DNA of 64,000 bases from the NCBI GenBank assembly GCA_965195285.1, contig CBDAFS010000055.1:32001-96000 (forward strand). The letters are read 5' to 3'. Positions within the stretch are counted from its first letter, which is position 1; the number at the start of each line of letters is the position of its first letter. The stretch is from an uncultured Aminicenantes bacterium (lineage in GTDB: Bacteria > Acidobacteriota > Aminicenantia > UBA2199). A program made the translations under genes and the position numbers. Shown here in pieces: positions 1-8,339 of the stretch. The notes below the pieces were generated by a model. That model saw nothing but the letters and a program-made list of their open reading frames with translations. It was not told the DNA's origin and searched no databases.

Positions 1-491
1 TAATAACAGAGTTCAAAACCGGCCTTTTTGGCCATTTTTCCGCCCTTTATCATGATTTCGGGGGTGGCCCCCTTTCGGATATGCTTTAATATTTGAGGAT
101 CTCCTGATTCCAGACCCAGATGGAGCCGGTTAAGTCCTGCTCTATTCAGCGCCTGCAGTTCAGAGGGCTTTTTCTTTACCAGGGTCAGGGCCCTGGCATA
201 GCTGGTGATCCGTTCCAGGCCAGGAAATTTTTCACGGATCAGTTTAACGATCTTCAAAATCTCTTCATGACACAAACTGTCCGAGTCTCCGATAAACACG
301 GTCCGGCTGAGCGGGAAAAGCTCGCCCATCATCCCTACATCGGCATTGATTTCCTCAAAGGTACGCATTTCATACCGGTCACGCTTGTACATGCCGCAGA
401 AAGTGCAATGGTTCCACGGGCAGCCCCTGGTCACACGGAGCAGGGCCGAGTGGGCTTCGCTGGGGGGTCTATAAGGAGGAAAATCATACAT
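1..491 (-). CDS. Radical SAM protein, truncated by the window edge (not in the ORF track)
   Basis: Manual minus-strand translation from ATG at 491: MYDFPPYRPPSEAHSALLRVTRGCPWNHCTFCGMYK... It has CxxxCxxC, an RPPSE motif and GLESG, and the frame stays open to the window start. Confidence 0.9.
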   Translation of the reverse strand, partial: MYDFPPYRPPSEAHSALLRVTRGCPWNHCTFCGMYKRDRYEMRTFEEINADVGMMGELFPLSRTVFIGDSDSLCHEEILKIVKLIREKFPGLERITSYARALTLVKKKPSELQALNRAGLNRLHLGLESGDPQILKHIRKGATPEIMIKGGKMAKKAGFELCY

Positions 492-497
492 AGCCCC

Positions 498-526
498 ATT
501 ATACAATTCTCATTGCCCCAATTCAA
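498..526 (-). promoter_or_regulatory. Sigma70-type promoter, probably leaderless, for the radical SAM gene
   Basis: TTGAAT-17 bp-TATAAT, 6 nt before ATG 491; no Shine-Dalgarno. Confidence 0.7.
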
Positions 527-529
527 CCG

Positions 530-830
530 ATATGATCCCGGTGCTGGGACGCGTTCACCACTCAGTTATGATACCAGCCGTTCATGATACGCTCACCCGT
601 CCGGTTATTGACCGGAATACGAACTCGTCTCATTAAAAATGTCCAACTCGGCCTTTGGCCTCAAACAGAGACATTTTCTCCCTGAAGAGGAGACCATTCG
701 ACTCGTTCTCGCCGGTACCCAATTCCCTCCCTGAGGCTCCCTTGACCATGAACGGCTGCTATCTTGATGCTTGTATGCCGCCAGGTGATGGAGTGAGCGA
801 ATGTAAACAGAGGAACTCGGCACCAATATA
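530..830 (-). ncRNA. Candidate structured ncRNA or non-autonomous element with a long-range pseudoknot
   Basis: 575-586/747-758 is a perfect 12-bp helix; 590-598/791-799 is a 9-bp helix crossing it. Nested stems 600-616, 627-631/690-694, 636-643/670-677. G-U pairs favour the minus strand. Confidence 0.5.
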
Positions 831-904
831 TTCATTTGCTATCAATACGTTGCAACGATGATCGCCCATATATATTTGGATAGTAGTTTAATTCAAGAAA
901 AAAA

Positions 905-1092
905 TTGGCGGGCGGAGCAAACAATCCCCGGAGCGGCTTCTGAAGTCAATTTCTCGAATATCGAAAATTGACGGAAGGCTCCCGAAAATGAGAGCATTTT
1001 CGGGTAAAGCGTAGGCGACTGTTCGCGCAAGCACGCAGAGCTTCTACCGGGCAGAAAGCGGCAACCGAATCCCATCATCAGGCATTCGTTAA
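905..1092. repeat. Multi-hairpin palindromic intergenic element (MITE/REP-like)
   Basis: Stems gtcaattt 945-952/aaattgac 965-972, cccgaaaatg 981-990/cattttcggg 995-1004, gcgt/acgc and cgaat/attcg; no credible ORF. Confidence 0.45.
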
Positions 1093-1121
1093 TTGACACT
1101 AGCTGGTAAGCGACATATACT
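1093..1121 (+). promoter_or_regulatory. Sigma70-type promoter, probably leaderless
   Basis: TTGACA-17 bp-TATACT, 7 nt before ATG 1129. Confidence 0.7.
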
Positions 1122-1128
1122 ATAAGCG

Positions 1129-2034
1129 ATGGTAAAAGAGAAGTCATACGATTTTATTGATGAGCGGGTGATGGTGATTTACGACCGCACCTTTCCCCTG
1201 TATCTTATCCGGGGAGAAAAAAACATCCTGGTGGATGCCGGGCCCGCAGCCAGGGCCCTGGAACTGATCAATACATTGCCCCGGATTCTGAAGGAAACCG
1301 GTAATATGAATGAACCGGGAATCGACACCCTGCTACTCACCCATTCCCACTGGGACCATGTTGGGGGGGGCTCCCATCTTCAGCAGCATTTCAATTTCAA
1401 CGTACTGGCCTCAAAGCGGACCGCTGAACTGCTGAGTAAATCAAAGGTCATACAGTTGATAGACCGCATGAATCAGGGATATAAAACCTTGATCGAAGAC
1501 CAGTCGAACACTCATTTCACCGGATTGACCCGAATAGAATCACTGGGTGACGGAAGCACAATTCAGGTAGACGACAGAACTGAACTGAAGGTCTTTGCGG
1601 TTCCCGGTCATACCAAATGTTCCCTGGCTTACTTGCTCACCCCCCAGAAAATCCTGTTCCCCGGGGATGCGGCAGGTTTAATGGAACCGGACGGCACCAT
1701 CCGCCCCCTTTTTTTTTCCAGTTATTCGGACTATGAGAACTCCATCCGAACTCTACTGGACCTCGAGGCCGAGGTGATAGCCCTGCCGCACAATAAACCC
1801 ATAAAGGGGGAAATCAGGGTCAAGTCATTTTTAAAGGCTTCGCTCCGAAAAACCAGAGAAGTCCGTGACACCATCCAGGAATACCTGGAAGAAGGTCGGA
1901 ATGCTACCCAAGTATCTGAGCTAATCTATGAACAGGAATTTCCCAATATTTCCTTCATGGGCCCCCGGGATATACTGATCATGAACCTGGAATCCATGGT
2001 AAGATCGGTTTTACATGAATTACCTGACGAATAA
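1129..2034 (+). CDS. MBL-fold metallo-hydrolase
   Basis: THSHWDH (HxHxDH), PGHT, FPGD and LPH motifs. Confidence 0.9.
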   Translation: MVKEKSYDFIDERVMVIYDRTFPLYLIRGEKNILVDAGPAARALELINTLPRILKETGNMNEPGIDTLLLTHSHWDHVGGGSHLQQHFNFNVLASKRTAELLSKSKVIQLIDRMNQGYKTLIEDQSNTHFTGLTRIESLGDGSTIQVDDRTELKVFAVPGHTKCSLAYLLTPQKILFPGDAAGLMEPDGTIRPLFFSSYSDYENSIRTLLDLEAEVIALPHNKPIKGEIRVKSFLKASLRKTREVRDTIQEYLEEGRNATQVSELIYEQEFPNISFMGPRDILIMNLESMVRSVLHELPDE

Positions 2035-2066
2035 TAGTCGTTTCGGATTTAGGGTTTCGAATTTAT

Positions 2067-4937
2067 CTATTTACCCTTTCCCAGTACTTCATCCAGTACT
2101 TTTTTCATCTCTTCAATGCGGTAGGGCTTGGCAACCACCCCGGAAAATCCGTACTTTTTATGATCAGCCATAATTGGATCATTTGAATATCCGCTGCTGA
2201 CGATGGCCCTCAACTCCGGATCAACGGCTTTGATAACTTGAACCGCTTCACGGCCGCCCATACCTCCCGGGACGGTCAGATCCATAATAACTGCCTTAAA
2301 AGGTTCTTGGCTCTTCAATGCCTTTTTATATTTTTCAATTGCCTGTTCGCCATTTTCAGCCGTTTCTACCGAGTATCCGATCAATTGCAACATTTCTTGA
2401 CCCACATCCCGGACCAGTTCCTCATCATCCATAAATAGAATCTTTCCAAGACTGTCTTCCATGTGTTGTACCTCTTCATTTTCCCGTGATTGATTCCTTT
2501 CAGCAGGAGCAGCCGGCAGGAACAGGGTCACAGTGGTCCCCTCTCCAATGATTGAATCTACCTGAATATCCCCATCATGCTTCTTGACAATCGAATAGGT
2601 AATGGCCAGACCCAGTCCGCTGCCCCCGGTTTTGGTGGTAAAATAGGGATCAAAAATCCGGGGCAGGTCTTCGCTGGAAATTCCAGATCCCTCATCTTTC
2701 AAAACCATCTTCACAAATCGGCGGGACTGGCTTGAAAAAACACTGTCCGGCCCCACATGATTTTCCAGCCTCACCTCCAGCACACCGCCCCCGGACATTG
2801 ATTGAATGGCATTCATGACCAGATTGTTGACTGCCTGGGTAAAAAGGCCCTCATCAATTTCAACCGGCCAGACATTCTCCGTAAAACGGAATCGGGGGAG
2901 AATATTGGAACCACTCAGGATGAACCCGACAGACTCCTTCAAATAAGTATCCAGCCGGGTTATTTTTTTTACCGGTACTCCTCCCTTGGAGAAGGTCAGT
3001 AGCTGGCTGGTCAAATCCTTGGCACTGATACTGGCCTTTTCACAGGCCTCCAGACACTTGTATCCCGGACTGCACTCATCCAGGGTGTGCTTGACAATCG
3101 ATATATTGCCCAGTATCCCGGCCAGTAAATTGTTAAAATCATGGGCGATACCACCGGCCAGCAAACCGACGGACTCAATCTTCCGGTGCTTCAATAATTC
3201 TTCCTCTACTTTTTTGATTCTGGTGATATCCCGCAGCACAAAAATATATCCGATGGTCTCTTTCTTCTTATCCCGGATGGAAGAAGCACTGAAATTGATC
3301 AGCTTTTTTTTACCTTTGCGGTCTTGAAATGTACCCTCATCGATCATGACCGGTTCCCGGGTTTCACGGGTAAGGGAGAAGAGGCCGGTTTTTACTGACG
3401 GCAGACTCTGGGTGCCCTGGATCTGAAATACATCATCAACCAGCCGGTTCTGGACCTCCCCCTGAGTCCAGCCGGAAAGTTCTTCGGCAGCCCGGTTAAA
3501 CATGAAAATTTTTCCATTGATATCACTCACCACCAGGCCTTCGGCAATACTGGTCAGGGTAACCGCCAGTCTTTCCTTTTCATTCTGCAAATCCTTTTCG
3601 ATCCGATTCCGCTCGGCAATTTCCCTTGTCAACAGCTGGTTGGCATTGCGTAGCTCATTTGTCTGCTCGGAAACCAGTTCTTCCAGATGAGACCTGTGTT
3701 TTTCCAGTTCCAGTTCATTTTTTTTTAATTCAGTAATGTCCCGGCTATAAACCGCCACACGCATCACCTGGCCTCCGGTATCCAGAACCGGGTAAATCCG
3801 ATTATCCAGCCAAAAATCCTTCCGTTGATCAATGTATTGAACCGGCATCCGGCTGTTCAGGGCCTGTTGATGATATTCCCGTCTTTTCCGTTTCAATTCG
3901 CCCTCAAAAAGATCAAACACATTTGATCCTATGAGTTCGGTTTCGGTTTTTCCCAGCCTCAGCACAGCCGTATTGTTGAGGGCAATGATTTTTCCGTCCC
4001 TATCCAGCAACAGGGCACTTTCGGTGGGGGCATTCAACAGGGCCCGGGCGGTTTCCTCGCTTTTCCGCAATTCATCCTCCAGTCTTTTTCGCTGAAAAAA
4101 TTCAGGGATATCAATGTGATTTTCCTCAAATGGCTGGTTGTAGGGATGGACTTTATACTGTTTGACATAGGACTCTATTTTTGAAGGGGGCGCCATGATA
4201 AAACGACAGTGTTCATCACCTCTGGCCCGACACTCCAGTTCCACAGCCACCAGGGGAATTCCGAAGCTTTCCTCGCACCAACCGGACGAATAACCACAGT
4301 TCATGATGCACACCGGAAAATCCGTTGTTTTCCCCTCTTTCATCCACACATCAGCCTCAAACGAAAAGGGGTGATCATAGAGAAGATAATACTGCTCATC
4401 CGGGGTGGGATTCGAATCTTCCGAAATCTTGACAAAAGCCCACCCGGTATGGGCAAAATGAATGGGGCCGGCCGAGAGTTTTTCAATCGGATCGGTCACT
4501 TTCATCTTGGAGTGAAAACTCCGGGCATCTGCTTTACCCAGGGAATGGGCCAGGTCATAGAGAAAGCCAGCGGCTACTTTGCGAGCATTTTCTCGACCCT
4601 GGTCCTGGTAATGGGCATAAATGGTCTCAAAGAATCCTTTAGACATCGAAGCGGCCCGGACCAGAATGTAACGCTCATCATGAATATCAATGGTGCCTTT
4701 CTCGGGGTTCTCGGATTTGTTATTGAAATAATGCCGTACATACTCCTGGGCCCTGAGAAAAACAGGTCGAAAGATGTCCGGTACGGAAACTGTGGTGCAA
4801 TCCTGATCATCAATTGCTTCTTTTTCAAGAGATCCGGGTTGAGGAGGTTGGCTGCCGCTCAATTCCAGGGTAAGTCTCCGATTTTCTTCCCGCAGCCAGT
4901 CCAACTCATGCTTGAGTTTTTTTATATCGTTATTCAT
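2067..4937 (-). CDS. Hybrid sensor histidine kinase (XylR-N/V4R, 2 PAS, HisKA/HATPase, receiver)
   Basis: V4R ECRARGDEHCRF; H-box AHDFNNLL; N/G boxes NAIQS, DEGSG, GSGLGL; receiver MDDE...MDLTVPG...KP. Confidence 0.92.
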   Translation of the reverse strand: MNNDIKKLKHELDWLREENRRLTLELSGSQPPQPGSLEKEAIDDQDCTTVSVPDIFRPVFLRAQEYVRHYFNNKSENPEKGTIDIHDERYILVRAASMSKGFFETIYAHYQDQGRENARKVAAGFLYDLAHSLGKADARSFHSKMKVTDPIEKLSAGPIHFAHTGWAFVKISEDSNPTPDEQYYLLYDHPFSFEADVWMKEGKTTDFPVCIMNCGYSSGWCEESFGIPLVAVELECRARGDEHCRFIMAPPSKIESYVKQYKVHPYNQPFEENHIDIPEFFQRKRLEDELRKSEETARALLNAPTESALLLDRDGKIIALNNTAVLRLGKTETELIGSNVFDLFEGELKRKRREYHQQALNSRMPVQYIDQRKDFWLDNRIYPVLDTGGQVMRVAVYSRDITELKKNELELEKHRSHLEELVSEQTNELRNANQLLTREIAERNRIEKDLQNEKERLAVTLTSIAEGLVVSDINGKIFMFNRAAEELSGWTQGEVQNRLVDDVFQIQGTQSLPSVKTGLFSLTRETREPVMIDEGTFQDRKGKKKLINFSASSIRDKKKETIGYIFVLRDITRIKKVEEELLKHRKIESVGLLAGGIAHDFNNLLAGILGNISIVKHTLDECSPGYKCLEACEKASISAKDLTSQLLTFSKGGVPVKKITRLDTYLKESVGFILSGSNILPRFRFTENVWPVEIDEGLFTQAVNNLVMNAIQSMSGGGVLEVRLENHVGPDSVFSSQSRRFVKMVLKDEGSGISSEDLPRIFDPYFTTKTGGSGLGLAITYSIVKKHDGDIQVDSIIGEGTTVTLFLPAAPAERNQSRENEEVQHMEDSLGKILFMDDEELVRDVGQEMLQLIGYSVETAENGEQAIEKYKKALKSQEPFKAVIMDLTVPGGMGGREAVQVIKAVDPELRAIVSSGYSNDPIMADHKKYGFSGVVAKPYRIEEMKKVLDEVLGKGK

Positions 4938-5008
4938 CTCCCGGGTTCCGCTTCATAGCATATATTATATGTTTTTTTTTTGATTTTCTCAATATTGATG
5001 TCAGCAGA

Positions 5009-5743
5009 TCAAATTTCCATAAACACTTCTGATGCCGGACAATGAATCACCAGATCGGCCATCTTATCCAGAGGAGTGGCATCGATATTGATAATCAACA
5101 ACAAAGACCCGTTCTGCTTGGCCAGCAGGGGGATCTGAGCGGCCGGATTAACCACCAGAGAGCTGCCTACTACCAGAAAGGTGCCGCATTCACGGGCTGC
5201 CTGCCAGGCCGTATTCAAAGCCTCCTGGGGCAGGGGCTCCCCGAACAGGACCACATCCGGTTTCAGCAGTCCCCCGCAGCTACAGCGGGGCGGCAGAGTC
5301 TTTTCCAATCCTTGGTAGATTTCATCCATATGATAGCCCCGGTTGCATTCCAGACAAATAATCCGGCGTGTATTGCCATGCAGCTCGCAAACCTTTCTCT
5401 GGCCGGCTTCCTGGTGAAGACCGTCAATGTTCTGGGTGATCACCTGAAACAGCGTGCCCTGCTGTTCAAGCTTCACCATTGCTTCGTGGGCCTTATTGGG
5501 TCGCGCCGCCTTGATTACCGGATAGCGCTCCTCTTTGAAAAAACGCCAGTAATAAGAGGGATCCTGGTTAAAATACTGAATATCGGCATACTTGGACGGG
5601 TCATACTTGCTCCAGAGCCCCCCGGCCCCCCGGTAGGTTGGGATTCCGCTTTCAGCCGATAAACCTGCCCCGCTGAAGACAACCAGATTGTGAGAATTCC
5701 GGATCAGGTCCTTCATCTGCTTTGTTTTTTCCGACATGACCAA
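5009..5743 (-). CDS. cobB: NAD-dependent deacylase, sirtuin family (start may be ATG 5737)
   Basis: GAGLSAESGIPTYRG, TQNIDGLH, HGN, CxxC...CxC, KPDVVLFGE, GSSL. Confidence 0.9.
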   Translation of the reverse strand: MVMSEKTKQMKDLIRNSHNLVVFSGAGLSAESGIPTYRGAGGLWSKYDPSKYADIQYFNQDPSYYWRFFKEERYPVIKAARPNKAHEAMVKLEQQGTLFQVITQNIDGLHQEAGQRKVCELHGNTRRIICLECNRGYHMDEIYQGLEKTLPPRCSCGGLLKPDVVLFGEPLPQEALNTAWQAARECGTFLVVGSSLVVNPAAQIPLLAKQNGSLLLIINIDATPLDKMADLVIHCPASEVFMEI

Positions 5744-5745
5744 CT

Positions 5746-6375
5746 CTATCCCTGAACAAACATGTTGTGTCTTTTTTCATCCCCGATAGTGGTGGGTTCT
5801 CCATGACCGGTACGGACCACAGTGGCATCCGGCAGGGTATACAGACGTGTCTTGATTGAGCGGATCAGGTCCTCCATTGAACCCTGCATGAAATCGGTCC
5901 TGCCGATAGATCCCTGAAACAGGGTATCACCGGTGAATACCAGATTTTCACTGGACAGGTATAAGCAAATTCCACCGGGAGAATGCCCTGGGGTATGCAA
6001 TACCTTGAGTTCCAGGACACCCAGATTCAGAATATCTCCTTCTGCCACAGTCCGATCTGGATCCGGCACCTGCTCGATCTGGAAACCCCACTGTGCTGCC
6101 GATGCTTGTGAATGGGCCACAAAGGGCAGGTCATTTTGATGAAGTAAAAAATCACATCCGAACACTTTTTTTAAAGGGGCAATGGCACCAACATGATCAA
6201 AATGACCGTGGGTACCGATCAAAAAGTCGATCTGGAGTCCGGATGCCTCCACTCTCTTTACTATTCGGTCGGCTTCATCACCGGGATCAATGATGGCTCC
6301 GGACTTTGAGCTTTCATCCCCGATTATATAACAATTGGCGGCAACGGGTCCCACCACCAAGCTTTCCAGAATCAT
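5746..6375 (-). CDS. MBL-fold hydrolase, glyoxalase II-like (YcbL/GloC type)
   Basis: THGHFDH, TPGHSPG, GDTLF..SIGRTD, GHG; AGGAGG RBS. Confidence 0.9.
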   Translation of the reverse strand: MILESLVVGPVAANCYIIGDESSKSGAIIDPGDEADRIVKRVEASGLQIDFLIGTHGHFDHVGAIAPLKKVFGCDFLLHQNDLPFVAHSQASAAQWGFQIEQVPDPDRTVAEGDILNLGVLELKVLHTPGHSPGGICLYLSSENLVFTGDTLFQGSIGRTDFMQGSMEDLIRSIKTRLYTLPDATVVRTGHGEPTTIGDEKRHNMFVQG

Positions 6376-6449
6376 GATTATCCTCCTAAAATTTTCATTA
6401 TAACATAGATCAACTTGATTGCCTGAAACAGAAATTATATAATCTAGGC

Positions 6450-6722
6450 ATGAAAACCCATCACTATACTGTCAGCGGAAGGGTTCAGGGAGTGTTTTTC
6501 CGGTACTATACCAAAGAAACCGCTGACAAGCTCTCCATCAAGGGCACTGTCCGCAACCTGTTTAACGGTGATGTGGAGGTTTACGCCCAGGGAAAAACGG
6601 CGAACCTTGAAAGCTTCGAAATTTTTCTCGGCCAGGGATCCCCCTCTGCCGAAGTTAAAAACCTGATTAAAAAAGTGGTGGATTCTGAAGGAAAATTCCC
6701 GGATTTTAGAATTGTTTATTGA
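6450..6722 (+). CDS. acyP: Acylphosphatase
   Basis: SGRVQGVFFR and VRN motifs; 90 aa; TTGATT-17-TATAAT ends 6 nt upstream. Confidence 0.9.
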   Translation: MKTHHYTVSGRVQGVFFRYYTKETADKLSIKGTVRNLFNGDVEVYAQGKTANLESFEIFLGQGSPSAEVKNLIKKVVDSEGKFPDFRIVY

Positions 6723-6805
6723 AAAGATAGCAAATTTCAATTGACTAGGTCCCGGATATATGATATAAATATTTATGTTTTACCTGATACCAGGTAGGAG
6801 AGATC

Positions 6806-7078
6806 ATGCCATTGTATGAATACCAATGCCAGCAGTGTAAAAAGAAGTTTGAAGTACTGCAAAAAATAAACAGCGACCCCCTGACCAAGTGCATTTACTG
6901 CCAGGGTTCGGTAAAAAAACTGATTTCAGTTTCATCTTTTCAATTCAAAGGAAGCGGATGGTATGTTACCGATTATAAAAACAAAAACAATAATAACAGT
7001 AAAACCAAAACCAGCACCACAACTCCTGAAAGCAAAAAAAAGGACAAAATTGAAAGTAATAATGTTACCCAAAAATAG
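6806..7078 (+). CDS. FmdB-family zinc ribbon protein
   Basis: MPLYEYQCQQC...CIYC...FKGSGWYVTDY; AGGAG RBS. Confidence 0.88.
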   Translation: MPLYEYQCQQCKKKFEVLQKINSDPLTKCIYCQGSVKKLISVSSFQFKGSGWYVTDYKNKNNNNSKTKTSTTTPESKKKDKIESNNVTQK

Positions 7079-7216
7079 CCTTTTCATCTCCCCCCCTTGG
7101 CTTGAAATATTCCGTTAACCCTGTTCTCCAGGGAAACAGGATACCATTATCCTTCAGGTATTGACAAATCATAATATCTTTTGCATAATTTTTCTTTATT
7201 AAAAGGAGAAAAAAAA

Positions 7217-8311
7217 ATGAAAAAACTTTTTACAACCTTGACCATTGCCTTCTGTCTTCTCTGCTTAACAAAAAATGCCGAGGCAGCAAAAATCAATATT
7301 TCAGATACTGCTTTTCTCAACATCAACGGATATGCACAGTTTTGGCTGTCTATGCCAATGGATCAGGGACCTACTCTCCAGACTGACTTTTATTTAAGGC
7401 GAGTCAGACTCCTGTTCAGCGGACAGATAGCCCCGAATTTCAACTTTTTTATCGGAACCTTGAACGGAGATATGGGGAAAAACGGCGACATGAGTTCACG
7501 CACCCTGATTGCAGATGCATGGTTGGAATATATAGTTGCCGATTATTTGAAGATCAATGCCGGTTTATTGAAACTCCCATTTTCAAGACACATGCAACAA
7601 ACAGGTGCAAAACTGCACGGACTTGACTTCCACGGCTCTTGTTTACAGAGAGAGGGGGGAATAGGTCACAGGGATATGGGAGTCATGGCAAGAGGACTTC
7701 TGTTAAACAAACACATAGATTATCGCCTCGCTATTGTTGATGGCATTGAGTATGCTCCGGGTGATCCCGATACGGATCCTCCGGTGACGGCCATAAATGA
7801 GAACGATAGTCTGCGCGTTGTTGGCCGAATCGGCTACAATGTTTTTGATCCAGAGCCCGGCTTCTTCTGGGCAGGCACATACCTTGGCAAAAAAAAGATT
7901 CTCTCATTTGGAATAAGTTTTGACATCCAGCCCGGTGTAGGTGGTGAAAATGGAGAGGAGCTCTACTATGCCTTGGCCTTTGATGCGGTTGCTGATATTC
8001 CCATAGGGAAAAACGGTATTGTAGCTACTCTGAATGCCTACAAATTTGGTCCTGGCTGCACAGTTCCTGAGGGATCCGGTTTTTGGGCTGATTTCGGATA
8101 CCGCATCAATAAGATAGAACCCCTTGTTTCTTTAGAATCGTATACACCAACGAATGGCGATACCGGCAAGCGTCTGGCAATCCTGGGCGGTTTAAACTGG
8201 TGGATCCATGGGCACAATGTCAACCTCAAGTTTCAGTTCGGTTCTGTAAAACTGAATGGGTCTGATGAGTGGACAAGTACTGCAATAATCCAGAGTCAGG
8301 TGTTCTTCTAA
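7217..8311 (+). CDS. Outer-membrane porin (OprO/OprP-like beta-barrel)
   Basis: AAGGAG RBS, signal peptide (AEA), FYLRRVRL, DAW motif, C-terminal Phe. Confidence 0.75.
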   Translation: MKKLFTTLTIAFCLLCLTKNAEAAKINISDTAFLNINGYAQFWLSMPMDQGPTLQTDFYLRRVRLLFSGQIAPNFNFFIGTLNGDMGKNGDMSSRTLIADAWLEYIVADYLKINAGLLKLPFSRHMQQTGAKLHGLDFHGSCLQREGGIGHRDMGVMARGLLLNKHIDYRLAIVDGIEYAPGDPDTDPPVTAINENDSLRVVGRIGYNVFDPEPGFFWAGTYLGKKKILSFGISFDIQPGVGGENGEELYYALAFDAVADIPIGKNGIVATLNAYKFGPGCTVPEGSGFWADFGYRINKIEPLVSLESYTPTNGDTGKRLAILGGLNWWIHGHNVNLKFQFGSVKLNGSDEWTSTAIIQSQVFF

Positions 8312-8339
8312 ATCGTATTCATAAAAAAGGTTCTGTAGA

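Noticed and set aside
120-587. 155-aa plus-strand ORF, and the many other antisense or nested ORFs in the track (e.g. 4209-4958, 5042-5662, 25274-25744)
   Set aside because: They are shadows of well-supported genes on the opposite strand or frame; 120-587 overlaps the radical SAM gene and has no motifs.
861-868. ATCGCCCA matches the tRNA-Val 3' end
   Set aside because: Only 8 nt, expected by chance; no T-arm next to it.
906-920. tggcgggcggag resembles the reverse complement of a tRNA 3' end
   Set aside because: No T-loop (TTCRA) or cloverleaf at the required spacing.
605-1147. Short ORFs 605-835, 655-861 and 893-1147
   Set aside because: No RBS or recognisable motifs; they lie over palindromic non-coding structure.
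5009-5743. Sirtuin as an antiphage SIR2 (Thoeris/DSR-type)
   Set aside because: Standard zinc-binding CobB-type deacylase in a housekeeping context, with no defence partners.
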